Assembly: GCA_044225935.1 (NCBI GenBank)
Contig: JBGAHX010000020.1
Location: forward strand, 2,632-66,631
Source of the DNA: Gemmatimonadaceae bacterium
Lineage (GTDB): Bacteria; Gemmatimonadota; Gemmatimonadetes; Gemmatimonadales; Gemmatimonadaceae
Length of the DNA stretch: 64,000 bases
Direction: 5' to 3'
Shown here in pieces: positions 1-9,156 of this stretch (within the stretch, counting starts at the first letter, position 1; every line of letters starts with the position of its first letter). Under the pieces are notes generated by a model. The model searched no databases and had not been told where the DNA came from. It was given only the letters and a program-made list of their open reading frames with translations. Made by a program: the position numbers and the translations under genes.

Positions 1-590
1 ACCTCCGGATGATTCTCGGCGATGGCGTTGGCCATCTTCTGCAGGAGAATCGTCTTGCCGGCGCGCGGCGGTGCGACGATCAGACCGCGTTGTCCCTTGC
101 CGATCGGTGCAATGAGGTCGACGACGCGCATCGACAAGTCTCCATTTTCCAGGCGCAGCCGCTGATCCGGATAGCGCGGACGGAGGTTGTCGAAGATGAG
201 CCGCGGATGCGACGGATCGGGATCGTCGCCATTGACCCGGTCGACCTTGAGCAGTGCGAGGTAGCGCTCCCACTGCTTGGGCGGACGCACTTCGCCACGG
301 ATCGTATCACCCGTGCGAAGGTCGAAGCGCTTGATCTGCGACGGCGAGACGTAGATGTCGTCGGGACCGTGGAGGTAGCTCCAGTCCTGGCTTCGCAGGA
401 AGCCGTACCCCTCGGCGAGGATCTCCAGCACGCCTTCACCGCGCAGCACCACTTCCTGATCGAGCAGGCGCTGCTCGATACGAAAGATCAGGTCCTGCTT
501 GCGCAGCCCCGACGTCTCTGGGACGCTCAAGTCCGACGCGAGCTCGAGGAGTTCGGCGACGGACTTCCGTTTCAGTTCGACAATGTCCAC
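1..590 (-). CDS. rho: Transcription termination factor Rho, N-terminal part (C-terminus lies beyond left window edge)
   Basis: Not in ORF track because it runs off the edge. Minus-strand translation from GTG at 588-590 reads VDIVELKRKSVAELLELASDL...EGYGFLRS...RVVDLIAPIGKGQRGLIVAPPRAGKTILLQKMANAI (Rho N-terminal/RNA-binding region plus Walker A). The listed 9..842 plus ORF is its antisense shadow. Confidence 0.85.
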   Translation of the reverse strand, partial: MDIVELKRKSVAELLELASDLSVPETSGLRKQDLIFRIEQRLLDQEVVLRGEGVLEILAEGYGFLRSQDWSYLHGPDDIYVSPSQIKRFDLRTGDTIRGEVRPPKQWERYLALLKVDRVNGDDPDPSHPRLIFDNLRPRYPDQRLRLENGDLSMRVVDLIAPIGKGQRGLIVAPPRAGKTILLQKMANAIAENHPE

Positions 591-843
591 GCGAGGTGGG
601 GAAGTCTCGAATGTTCGGGGTCGCCAGAGGCTCGGTCGGGCGAAAGTAGTAATCGCCCTCTCGGCGTGCAAGGCGACCCCTTGTGTTGCGCTTCGCCGGC
701 GGAATGCCGCGAGGCGTTTCGGGAGTATACGCTGGAGCGCGAGAGTCTGTCGCACACATCTCGTGTTCCAACGCGCCGCCTTGGGCGACAAAGGGGAGGC
801 CGAGACCGTCGGCCTCCCCCGTCTCCTGCGACAACTCAATGAA

Positions 844-917
844 TGCGCGAGGCGGGATTCGAACCCACGACCTTCGGCTCCGGAGGCCGACGCTCTATCC
901 AGCTGAGCTACTCGCGC
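844..917 (-). tRNA. tRNA-Arg (anticodon CCG)
   Basis: Minus-strand read GCGCGAG-TA-GCTC-AGCTGGATA-GAGC-G-TCGGC-CTCCGGA-GCCGA-AGGTC-GTGGG-TTCGAAT-CCCGC-CTCGCGC-A folds as a cloverleaf; anticodon loop CTCCGGA. Confidence 0.9.
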
Positions 918-1015
918 GCGATTGATCCAGTGGCGCGCCCCGGGCGGGAGCCTTCCCGGCCGTTTCGGGAGAGGGAAGGCTAACGGTCGCGGTCGGGCAA
1001 TACAAGTCGAGCGGC

Positions 1016-2374
1016 TTGCGGTCGATACTCCTTCGTGATAGGCGGCTCATCTTCGTGTCGAGCACGACCGTTGAAGGCGATTCGACTCCAACCCCCCGCT
1101 TCGTGACCATCGCTCCTTCCCCGGACGCGTCCTCCCCCGGTGCCTCGCTGGTCGACGTCTTTGTCGCGCGACAACCGATCTTCGACGTGTCAGGCGAGAC
1201 CTACGCGTACGAGCTGCTCTATCGGCGAACGGGTGTGACTTCGATCGCCGAAGGGGTGAGCGCCGATGTGATGGCCTCCGAGGTCCTGGTCCACACGTTC
1301 CTGAACATCGGGATGGACCGGATGACCGGAGGGCACCGCGCCTTCCTCAACTTCACGCGCGAAATGCTCGTGCGTGGGATGCACCAGCTCTTCGATCCGC
1401 AGACGGTGGTGATCGAACTCCTCGAAACCGTGGAGCCCGACGACGAGGTCGTTGCCGCGGCAAGAGGACTCGTCGACGCAGGGTACACGCTCGCCCTCGA
1501 CGACTTCGAGTTCAATCCGGCCTTCGAGCCGCTGCTCAAGATGGCGCGCATCATCAAGCTCGACGTCCTGAACAAGACGGAGAAGGAGCTCAAGGCGAAC
1601 TACGATCGCGTCGCGTCGTACGGGGGAACGATCCTCGCGGAGCGTGTCGAAACGCAGGAAGTGAAGGACACCTGCCAGGCGATCGGATACCGCCTCTTTC
1701 AGGGATACTTCTTCAGCAAGCCGGAGACGTTGGCGCGCCGGGACCTGTCGGCGGGGCAGCTCACGATCCTCCGGCTGATGAATCTCTTGCGCGACCCCGA
1801 CACGACGGATGCCGCACTGGAAGACGCGTTCCGGACCGACGTCTCGCTCACCTACAAGCTGCTGCGCACGGTGAACTCGGCGTCGATGGGCGGGCGCGGG
1901 ATCGAGTCGATTCGCCACGCGGTGCGCATGGTGGGGCGCGCCGAGCTGCACAAGTGGCTCTCGCTCCTCCTGGTCACCTCAGTGGCGGGGAAGGGAGGGA
2001 CCGACGCGGAGCTGGTGCGTGTCGCGATCCAGCGCGCGCGCCTCTGCGAGAACGTCGCCCGCCAGGGACGCGACCGCCGCAGCGCCGAGGCGCTGTTCAT
2101 GGTTGGACTCTTCTCCCTCCTCGACGCGATCCTCAAGGTACCGTTAGGCGACGTGCTGCATCGGATCGACCTCACCGACGAGGTGCGTCGGGCCCTCCTG
2201 GCGCGGAGCGGCCCGTACGCGCCGACGCTCTCGCTCGTCGAGGCGTACGAGCGCGGTTCGTGGCACGCGGTCGACGCGGAGTCGCAGGTGCTCGGTGTCG
2301 ATCCGTCGATGCTCGGTGACCTCTACCTCGAAGCGGTGCGCTGGACGCGGGAGCGGATCGAGCAGGCGATGTAG
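1016..2374 (+). CDS. EAL domain plus HDOD domain protein (c-di-GMP phosphodiesterase-like signalling protein)
   Basis: VARQPIFDVSGETYAYELLYR, ALDDFE, IKLDV, ERVETQE...GYRLFQGYFFSKP are EAL-type motifs. The C-terminal half (LRLMNLL...DVSLTYKLLRTVNSA...) looks like HDOD. Exact start uncertain. Confidence 0.75.
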   Translation: MRSILLRDRRLIFVSSTTVEGDSTPTPRFVTIAPSPDASSPGASLVDVFVARQPIFDVSGETYAYELLYRRTGVTSIAEGVSADVMASEVLVHTFLNIGMDRMTGGHRAFLNFTREMLVRGMHQLFDPQTVVIELLETVEPDDEVVAAARGLVDAGYTLALDDFEFNPAFEPLLKMARIIKLDVLNKTEKELKANYDRVASYGGTILAERVETQEVKDTCQAIGYRLFQGYFFSKPETLARRDLSAGQLTILRLMNLLRDPDTTDAALEDAFRTDVSLTYKLLRTVNSASMGGRGIESIRHAVRMVGRAELHKWLSLLLVTSVAGKGGTDAELVRVAIQRARLCENVARQGRDRRSAEALFMVGLFSLLDAILKVPLGDVLHRIDLTDEVRRALLARSGPYAPTLSLVEAYERGSWHAVDAESQVLGVDPSMLGDLYLEAVRWTRERIEQAM

Positions 2375-2396
2375 TCGAGCAAGATCAGGCGAAGCG

Positions 2397-2440
2397 AAAC
2401 GGGCGCGTCCTTCGAGAGGGGCGCGCCCGTTTGCGTTGTT
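2397..2440. terminator. Bidirectional rho-independent terminator between convergent EAL-HDOD and motB
   Basis: AAACGGGCGCG (2397-2407) pairs with CGCGCCCGTTT (2422-2432), an 11 bp stem. A T-rich tract TTTGCGTTGTTG follows, with A-rich sequence on the other side. Confidence 0.7.
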
Positions 2441-2554
2441 GGCACTTGTTAGGCGTTCGTCGATGCTGCGTGGTGATGCTACCTGGAGATGCCGGGCGAT
2501 TCGCAACGTAGCGCGTCCGTCCGCGGGGGCCCGGGGTGCGGAACGCCTGACGCC

Positions 2555-3391
2555 TTATGACGACTGCTTGACGCTGTTCTCCAGCCGCTCTTGCAGCTGC
2601 TCCACCGAAGGCGTGTCGGGGGGATCGATGAACGGGAGGAGGATCGAGATGCGGCGATTGGCGGGATTCAGCGGGTCGAGGGGGTACCGCAGCTGCTTGT
2701 CCGCCAGCCCGGTGACCTCGGCGATGCGCCCATGGTCGAGCCCCGATTCCTCGAGGATGCGCCGCGCCGCGTTCGCGCGATCGGCCGACAGGTCCCAGTT
2801 GGTGTACGTGCGGTTGGAGTAGCGCGCCGCGTCGGTGTGCCCCTCGATGACGATTGGGTTCTCCAGCCCCTTCAACTCGCCGGCGATCGTTTGCAGCGTG
2901 ATGCGCCCCTGCTCGGTGAGCACGGCGGAAGCGATCGGGAAGAAGGTGTCTCCCTTCTCGTCCTCGATCAGTTCGATGCGGAGCCCGCTGCGGGTGATGG
3001 TGATCTCGACCTTGGCGCGGAGCTTCCCCAGCGCGGCGATGGAGTCCATCGAGCCGCGCAATTGCACCTGCACGGCCTGGAAGCGCTGGCTTTGCAGCTG
3101 GCGAATGGCCATCTGGATCGATTCGCGCTTGACGGCCGCCGGCGAACTTCCCGACGCCAACGGGCTCGACCCGGACGAATATCCCTTCTTGTAGCCGACG
3201 GGGCTCGAGAAGTACCCCTCGATGGCCTGCTTGGTCTGCTCGTCCATGCCGAGGATCCACATGACCATGAAGAACGCCATCATGGCGGTCACGAAGTCGG
3301 CGTAGGCCACCTTCCACGAACCGCCGTGGTGACCGTGCCCCCCCTTCTTGATCTTCTTGACGATGATGACTTTGCCGCCGCCCTTTGCCAC
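2555..3391 (-). CDS. motB: Flagellar stator protein MotB (OmpA-like C-terminal domain)
   Basis: N-terminus WKVAYADFVTAMMAFFMVMW is the typical MotB plug/TM region. The C-terminus has an OmpA-like peptidoglycan-binding region (IEGHTDA...NWDLSADRANAARRIL). Confidence 0.9.
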   Translation of the reverse strand: MAKGGGKVIIVKKIKKGGHGHHGGSWKVAYADFVTAMMAFFMVMWILGMDEQTKQAIEGYFSSPVGYKKGYSSGSSPLASGSSPAAVKRESIQMAIRQLQSQRFQAVQVQLRGSMDSIAALGKLRAKVEITITRSGLRIELIEDEKGDTFFPIASAVLTEQGRITLQTIAGELKGLENPIVIEGHTDAARYSNRTYTNWDLSADRANAARRILEESGLDHGRIAEVTGLADKQLRYPLDPLNPANRRISILLPFIDPPDTPSVEQLQERLENSVKQSS

Positions 3392-3392
3392 G

Positions 3393-4250
3393 TCAGGCTG
3401 CCTTCTTGCGCGTGAGCTGCTCCAACTCGGTGAAGCTCGGGCGATCGACCGGCTCGATGTTGCGGCGCGCGAACTCGACGCAGGTCATCGGCGCGTCACC
3501 GCGCGCGAACGAGAGAAGCGCGGTACGGATGCACGACATGTATTGTCCTTCGCCGCGCTGCCGAGCCTCGATGGCCTTGGCGAACGGGCCGATCATCCCG
3601 TACGCGAGCAGGATGCCGAGGAACGTTCCGACGAGCGCCGCGGCCACCTTGTTGCCGATCTCCGAGGCCGCACCACCGATCGAACCCATCGTGATCACGA
3701 CGCCGAGCACCGCGGCGACGATGCCGAAGCCCGGCATGGCGTCGCCCATCGTCGTGATGGCCGACGGGACCTGGTGCTCTTCCTCGTGCATGCGCTCGAG
3801 GTCGAGGTCGAGAATGTCGGAGAGATGGTGATCTTCCACCGCACCGGTCAGCAGCACCTTGAGCGTGTCGCAGAGGAAGGTGACGGCGTGGTGATGGTGC
3901 AGGAACTTCGGGAACTTGGTGAAGATGCCGCTCTTCTCCGGCTCCTCGATGTGCGCTTCGAGGGCGATGAGTCCGTCCTTGCGCGCCGTCTGGAACACTT
4001 CGTAGAGGACCTGCAGCAACTCGCCGTACGATGTCTTGTTGAATGGCGTCGGCTTGAGCATCGCCAGGCCGGCGGCAATCGATGCTTTGATCACGCTCGG
4101 CGGGTTGGCCATGATGAATGACCCGATGCCGGCGCCACCAATGATGATGAATTCGGTCGGTTGCCACAGCACCCCGAGCTTACCGTGGTGCATGGTGTAG
4201 CCGGAGATGACGCTTCCGAGGACGACCGCGAGACCGATGAGCTGAAACAC
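3393..4250 (-). CDS. motA: Flagellar stator protein MotA
   Basis: Four-TM MotA/ExbB-like sequence, immediately upstream of and adjacent to motB. Confidence 0.9.
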   Translation of the reverse strand: MFQLIGLAVVLGSVISGYTMHHGKLGVLWQPTEFIIIGGAGIGSFIMANPPSVIKASIAAGLAMLKPTPFNKTSYGELLQVLYEVFQTARKDGLIALEAHIEEPEKSGIFTKFPKFLHHHHAVTFLCDTLKVLLTGAVEDHHLSDILDLDLERMHEEEHQVPSAITTMGDAMPGFGIVAAVLGVVITMGSIGGAASEIGNKVAAALVGTFLGILLAYGMIGPFAKAIEARQRGEGQYMSCIRTALLSFARGDAPMTCVEFARRNIEPVDRPSFTELEQLTRKKAA

Positions 4251-4270
4251 GACGATATCGTGGGGGAAGA

Positions 4271-4501
4271 CTACGAGGACTTGCTGGCGACGCCGCCCAC
4301 GAGCGCCGCCGCGTCGGCGCCGACATTGGCGCGACGATTCTCGTCGGCGATCTGGGTGACGATTTCCTCCCGCACGATGCTGACGTGCGGCGGCGCCTCG
4401 ATGCCAAGGCGCACACCGCGTCGATCGGAGGCGAGGACGACGATCCGGATGCCGCCTTCGATCACGATGGCGTCCCCGGCGCGTCGGGAAAGGATGAGCA
4501 T
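4271..4501 (-). CDS. csrA: Carbon storage regulator CsrA (flagellar-type)
   Basis: MLILSRRAGDAIVIEGGIRIVVLASDRRGVRLGIEAPPHVSIVREEI is a near-canonical CsrA fold sequence. 4 nt downstream of flgK. Confidence 0.9.
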   Translation of the reverse strand: MLILSRRAGDAIVIEGGIRIVVLASDRRGVRLGIEAPPHVSIVREEIVTQIADENRRANVGADAAALVGGVASKSS

Positions 4502-4505
4502 CGGC

Positions 4506-5966
4506 TCAGACCATGTTGAGGATGGACTGCGCCATTTCGTCGGCGACCTTCACGAGCCGGCTCGCCGCCGTATATGCCTGCTGATGCCGCAACATCAACG
4601 TCAGTTCCTCGTCGATGGACACGCCCGCAACGGAGGCGCGACGATTGTCGGCCTGCGTCGAGAGCGCGTCGAACACGTCGAACTGCGACTGCGCGTCGGC
4701 GGTGTCGACGCCGAGCTGCGTCACGGTCGTGGTGTAGTGATCGGAATAGGACTCGCCCGACGCGAAGCCAATCTGCGTGGCGAAGTTCGCGCCCATGCGC
4801 GTCTGCAGCGCGGCCATCCCGTTGTCGTCGCGCAACGCGCCGATCGCCGTGGCGAGTGTGTTGTTGCCGGGGGCGTTCTGCACGTCACCGGACGCGATGA
4901 CCAGGGCGCTCGCCGTCACCTCGCTGGAGAGCCGAATCGTCCCCGCGGTAGTGAAGCTGGAATCGAAGAAGTTCACGCGCGATCCGGTCGGCCCGTTGAG
5001 CGGGTTCCAGTTCGCGTTGCCTAACGCGTCGCCTGCCGCGGTCCAGCCGGACGCATGGTACTCGTTCACGCCGTTCACCAGCCCGCGGGCGAAGTCGTTG
5101 AGGCGCCCCTGCATCGCCGGCACGTCGGTGTTGATGAAGCCGATCATCTGCCCGGCCTGACCGCCCACGACCTGGATCGGCTCGACATCGCCTACCATGG
5201 CGAGATTCGTCGTCGTCGGGGTCGAGCGTACCTCGAGCTGGCGTGCGTTGTTCGCGTCGACGAGCATCAACCCGCCGAGATACACGCCCATGGTGCCGTT
5301 CGCCTGGATCTCCACACGCGCGCCGACAAGCTTCGCGAGCTGGTCGGCAATGCGATCGCGCGCATCGCGCAGGTCGGGTGTCTGCTGCCCCGACACTTCC
5401 GCTGCTGTCAGCTGCTTGTTGATCTCGGCGACCTGCTTCGCCATGGTGTTGACCTGGCCGGCGACGTCGGACAGGTGCCCGCGCGTGCGCACGGTGAGGT
5501 CGTCGATGCGCTGCGAATAGGAGTTGAGCGTGTAAGCCACCTGCTGCCCGCGCTGGCGCACCGCGCTCTGCGCGATGGCACTTCCGGGGTTGTTGGCCAG
5601 GTCGCTCCAGGAATTCCAGAACTGGTCGAGCGTGTTGGCGAGCCCCGATTCCGACGGTTCGCCCAGGAGCCCTTCCACCTCGCCAAGCAGGTCGCGGCGC
5701 ACCGAGTACGACTCGCGGTTGCCGACCTCGCGGCGATACGACGCATCGAGGAGCTCATCGCGCATGCGAATCACGCCGCGCACGCTCACACCGGTTCCCA
5801 CCGTGTAATTGGGGAACCGCTGCGGATACGAGGTGATCATCTCGGCGCGTTGGCGCGAGTACCCCTCGACCTCGGCGTTCGCGATGTTCTGCGACACCGT
5901 CTGCAGGGCGACCTGGTGCGCCGAGATCGCGCCGCGCGCGATGCTGAGGATGCTCCCGATGCTCAT
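4506..5966 (-). CDS. flgK: Hook-associated protein 1 FlgK
   Basis: N-terminal SILSIARGAISAHQVALQTVSQNIANAEVEGYSRQRAE and C-terminal LMLRHQQAYTAASRLVKVADEM are flagellar rod/hook family termini. Size and position fit FlgK. Confidence 0.85.
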   Translation of the reverse strand: MSIGSILSIARGAISAHQVALQTVSQNIANAEVEGYSRQRAEMITSYPQRFPNYTVGTGVSVRGVIRMRDELLDASYRREVGNRESYSVRRDLLGEVEGLLGEPSESGLANTLDQFWNSWSDLANNPGSAIAQSAVRQRGQQVAYTLNSYSQRIDDLTVRTRGHLSDVAGQVNTMAKQVAEINKQLTAAEVSGQQTPDLRDARDRIADQLAKLVGARVEIQANGTMGVYLGGLMLVDANNARQLEVRSTPTTTNLAMVGDVEPIQVVGGQAGQMIGFINTDVPAMQGRLNDFARGLVNGVNEYHASGWTAAGDALGNANWNPLNGPTGSRVNFFDSSFTTAGTIRLSSEVTASALVIASGDVQNAPGNNTLATAIGALRDDNGMAALQTRMGANFATQIGFASGESYSDHYTTTVTQLGVDTADAQSQFDVFDALSTQADNRRASVAGVSIDEELTLMLRHQQAYTAASRLVKVADEMAQSILNMV

Positions 5967-5968
5967 GG

Positions 5969-6508
5969 CTAGGCCCGCCGATTCACGAGAACAGGGCCGC
6001 GCGGGGAATCGCCAGCACCGGAGGAGTCGTAGCCGGTGCGCGACGCGCCGACGCCGGCGAGCGTGCGGACCATCTCCTCGCCGGTCGTAAGCGCCTCGCG
6101 CAGCACCTGGCGGTTAGTCGACACCTCGCGCGCGAGCGTGCGCGCGGAGACCTGCAGCGCCTCGCGCGACGCCTGCAGATCTTCGGTAGCGTACGGACCC
6201 ATCGCGGCGAGCAGGTCGCGCAGCGCGACGTCTTCCTGCTGCCCGAGCCGCGTGTTGATCGCCCGGCGGCGCTTCCGCGCCTCGCCGAGCGTGAGGAGGA
6301 CGCGCTGCACGGCGAAGACCGAGTCGTCGACCCCCTGCAGGTTGTCGGCCGCTACCGCTTCGCGCTGCTGGCGCATGATGGCGATCAGCTCGTCGATGAG
6401 GCGGCGCTCCGACTGCAGCGCGTCGGTGAGCCCCTTGACCAGCGTCGGCCACTGCGCCGGCGAAATCTGCGACATGGCGGGCGAAGGGTGCACAGGCGTG
6501 GCGTTCAT
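5969..6508 (-). CDS. flgN: FlgN-family flagellar export chaperone
   Basis: Helical protein (LTDALQSERRLIDELIAIMRQQREAVAADNLQGVDDSVFAVQRVLLTL) directly upstream of flgK. Start taken at the internal ATG (6506-6508), which overlaps the stop of the upstream gene as ATGA. The longer R-rich extension in the track looks spurious. Confidence 0.6.
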   Translation of the reverse strand: MNATPVHPSPAMSQISPAQWPTLVKGLTDALQSERRLIDELIAIMRQQREAVAADNLQGVDDSVFAVQRVLLTLGEARKRRRAINTRLGQQEDVALRDLLAAMGPYATEDLQASREALQVSARTLAREVSTNRQVLREALTTGEEMVRTLAGVGASRTGYDSSGAGDSPRGPVLVNRRA

Positions 6509-6846
6509 CGAGTCCCCTCCGGCTTGGCGGCGCCAGGCGTGCTGGTCGCGCTGGTCGCTTCGTTCGCGCGCGCGAGCTGCGGATGCAGCTGGCGGTAGAG
6601 CGCGTCGCCGATGCCGTGCTCCCACTGGCCGGGGAGTTCGTCGGCGAGGTGCTGGTCCATCATTCCGCTGAACATCGCTTCGCCCGGGCCGCCGTCGGTC
6701 ACGCCGTCGGTGGGCACGGTCTCACGCATGGCCTTGAAGAGCTGCTCCACGAACACACCCTGGAGCTGCCCCACGACCTTCTTCAGGCGCTGGTCCCGGT
6801 CGGGGAGCGCCGTACTCACGCTTTGAGCTTCGTTGATGTTCGTCAC
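6505..6846 (-). CDS. flgJ: Rod-binding protein (FlgJ N-terminal domain only, no hydrolase domain)
   Basis: 113 aa. LQGVFVEQLFKAMRET...MFSGMMDQHLADEL resembles the FlgJ rod-binding domain. Sits in the flgI-flgJ slot. Confidence 0.65.
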   Translation of the reverse strand: MTNINEAQSVSTALPDRDQRLKKVVGQLQGVFVEQLFKAMRETVPTDGVTDGGPGEAMFSGMMDQHLADELPGQWEHGIGDALYRQLHPQLARANEATSATSTPGAAKPEGTR

Positions 6847-7928
6847 CGCGCGACAACCTCTGCGGAAATGGCGCCGACCTGCTTGAGCGCTTCGAAGATC
6901 TGGGCGACCTGATGAGCCGGAGTGCGAACGGCCGACAATGCCGCCGCCAGTTGCTGCACGGTGGCCCCGGTCGGCACGCGTACCTGCCCTCCGGTTCCCT
7001 GCTGAGCAGTATCGGCAGGTGTCGGCCCAATCGAGAGTGTGAGTCCCTGAATGCTCACCACCCCCGGACCGAGGGTGAGATCGCCCCCGGCAACAATGGT
7101 CCCCTGCCGCTGGTCGATGACGATGCGGGCCACACGGGCTACCTCGACCTTGAGGTCCCGGATACGGGCAAGAACTGCCGCCGGTCCGCCCCCCGCGCTG
7201 TCCTTCGCGGTGATCGAAATTGCCCCCGGGTCCTCGACCTTCGCGCTCCCCTCTCCAACCACCGAGTCGATGGTCGCCGCGATCTTCGACGCCAGTCCGA
7301 TGTCGGGCTCGCGAAGCACGAGTCGTGTGCTTGCCTCGAACTTGGGGCGGGGGAGATCGGCCTCGATCACGCCGCCGGCGGCGATGCGCGAGCTGGCCGC
7401 GTTGAAGCCGATGCGACGACGAACGGCATCGTTCTCGTCGACATAGAGCGGGCCCTGCGCGGTGGCGAGCGGTTGTCCGCCCACTTCGGCGATGAGTGGC
7501 GTCATCCAGAGCACGCCGCCGCGGAGCGAGCGCGCGTCGCCGACCGAGGCGACCTGCACCTCGAAGCGGCCGCCCGGACGCAGATACGGCGAGACCTCGG
7601 CGGTCACGAGGACCGCGGCGACGTTTCGCGTGCGGAGAAACTCGGCAGGGACCACGACGTCAAAGCGGCGCAGCAGGTTGGCGACCGACTGCACCGTTTG
7701 CTGCGATCCGCGCCCGCTGTTGGTGTTGTCACCCGTGCCGCTCAATCCGGTCACGAGCCCATAGCCAACGAGACGAACCGGGACGCCCTGGTCGTCGATG
7801 ACCAGGTCGCGGATCGGGACGCCCTGCGCGAGTGCCGTCCGCGCGAGCGCCGCCTGCGTGCCGAGGCACGAGGCGGCGATGAGAAGGAGCCGGAACGCCC
7901 GTCGCAGGCGTGGGCGTGATCGCATCAT
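6843..7928 (-). CDS. flgI: Flagellar P-ring protein FlgI
   Basis: Signal peptide, then IRDLV...VRLVGYGLVTGLSGTGD and the characteristic FlgI C-terminus. Confidence 0.9.
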   Translation of the reverse strand: MMRSRPRLRRAFRLLLIAASCLGTQAALARTALAQGVPIRDLVIDDQGVPVRLVGYGLVTGLSGTGDNTNSGRGSQQTVQSVANLLRRFDVVVPAEFLRTRNVAAVLVTAEVSPYLRPGGRFEVQVASVGDARSLRGGVLWMTPLIAEVGGQPLATAQGPLYVDENDAVRRRIGFNAASSRIAAGGVIEADLPRPKFEASTRLVLREPDIGLASKIAATIDSVVGEGSAKVEDPGAISITAKDSAGGGPAAVLARIRDLKVEVARVARIVIDQRQGTIVAGGDLTLGPGVVSIQGLTLSIGPTPADTAQQGTGGQVRVPTGATVQQLAAALSAVRTPAHQVAQIFEALKQVGAISAEVVAR

Positions 7929-8647
7929 GGCCAGAAGAGTCCGAGGATCTTGGTGACGATGCCTGACTTGGGCTTGCCGAGCGATCCTTTCGCCGCGTAG
8001 GCCAGCTGGATGTCGGCGATGTGATCGGAGCCGACCACATCGCTCGAGTTGACGTCGATCGGGCTGACGAAGCCGGCGAGGGTGAGCGTGGTCTTGTTCT
8101 TGTCCACGTCGATGAGCTTGGAGCCCTTGACCTGCAGCATCCCGTTGGGCTGCACCGCGACGACGCGCACCGCGATCTCGGCGGCGTAGCGCGTGTCGCG
8201 GGTGGCATTGCCACGCTGGTTGGTGGTGCTTCCGTCGCCGGCGCCGTACGACGCGTCGATGTTCCCGAGCCCGGGCGTGCCGCTGCCAACGCTTGGGGGG
8301 CTCACGCCCAGGTCGAGCGATCGGCGGCGCGACGCGCTGGCGCTGTTGTCCTTGTTCGCCGAGGCGAGCGCGTACTCGTCGACGACAACCTTGATGATGT
8401 CACCCACGACGTAGCTGCGGCGGCTCGATGTCCAGGCGATGTTGCGCGTGGGGGCGGCCTTCGCCGAATCGGCGCGCGGCGGCGCCGCCTGCGCTCCGAG
8501 CGACGCGGCGACGACGCTCAGGAGCAGCAGGAGCGTGGAGAGCGCGCCGACCCAGGCGCCGACGGCGCGACCGCGATCGGGGGCGGGGACGGTAGGGATG
8601 ATCGTGACCTTTCGCGGGGTGGCCACGACGTCGCAGTGGTGGATCAT
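7925..8647 (-). CDS. flgH: Flagellar L-ring protein FlgH
   Basis: YVVGDIIKVVVDE...VVAVQPNGMLQVKGSKLIDVDKNKTTLTLAGFVSPIDV are FlgH-like. Start chosen at ATG 8645-8647, overlapping the flgA stop (ATGA). The longer track ORF overlaps flgA and is R-rich. Confidence 0.8.
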   Translation of the reverse strand: MIHHCDVVATPRKVTIIPTVPAPDRGRAVGAWVGALSTLLLLLSVVAASLGAQAAPPRADSAKAAPTRNIAWTSSRRSYVVGDIIKVVVDEYALASANKDNSASASRRRSLDLGVSPPSVGSGTPGLGNIDASYGAGDGSTTNQRGNATRDTRYAAEIAVRVVAVQPNGMLQVKGSKLIDVDKNKTTLTLAGFVSPIDVNSSDVVGSDHIADIQLAYAAKGSLGKPKSGIVTKILGLFWP

Positions 8648-9156
8648 GGGTTCCTCGAAGAGGCAATGGCGACGACGTGCGCCGGGCCGGCGACGACGCC
8701 GGTGACGCGGCGCCGCGCGCCGAGACGAACGGGGATGGTGTCGCCTAACGAGCCGGCGACCGGAGCGATGCCGTCGAGCGTGAGCGCGAGGCCGTTTTCC
8801 TGGACGGTGAACGTCACCGTCTGGCCGGCCGCGACAAGCGGGGCGGGGGCGACGGCCGGCGCGCGCAGCACTTCGCCCGCGCGCATGATGCGGCGCACGA
8901 GCCAACCCGGCGCGACCGGCGTCGGGCGGCGGGCGAAGCGACCGTCGGCCGCAACGCAGCGCATGGCGATGTCGCCGGCAAGGAGCGTCGCCCCTCGCGT
9001 GAGCGCGCGCGCCGCGACCGCGACCTCGACGGAGTCGGTGCCGCAGCGCGCGGGTCCCCCCTCCTGCGCCGACAGCGGCGACCGCCCGGAGGCCATCGCG
9101 ACCGCCAGCTGCACGACGAGGAGGAGGAACCAGCGAGAATGCAGGCGCATCGCCAT
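8644..9156 (-). CDS. flgA: P-ring assembly chaperone FlgA (SAF domain)
   Basis: Signal peptide plus a SAF-like C-terminus (LVRRIMRAGEVL...VAAGQTVTFTVQENGLALTLDGIA...GDTIPVRL). Position flgG-flgA-flgH. Confidence 0.75.
   Translation of the reverse strand: MAMRLHSRWFLLLVVQLAVAMASGRSPLSAQEGGPARCGTDSVEVAVAARALTRGATLLAGDIAMRCVAADGRFARRPTPVAPGWLVRRIMRAGEVLRAPAVAPAPLVAAGQTVTFTVQENGLALTLDGIAPVAGSLGDTIPVRLGARRRVTGVVAGPAHVVAIASSRNP

Noticed and set aside
9-842. 277-aa plus-strand ORF at the left edge
   Set aside because: It is the antisense shadow of rho. The minus strand gives an unmistakable Rho N-terminus, while this ORF has an Arg-rich, low-information sequence typical of wrong-frame ORFs in GC-rich DNA.
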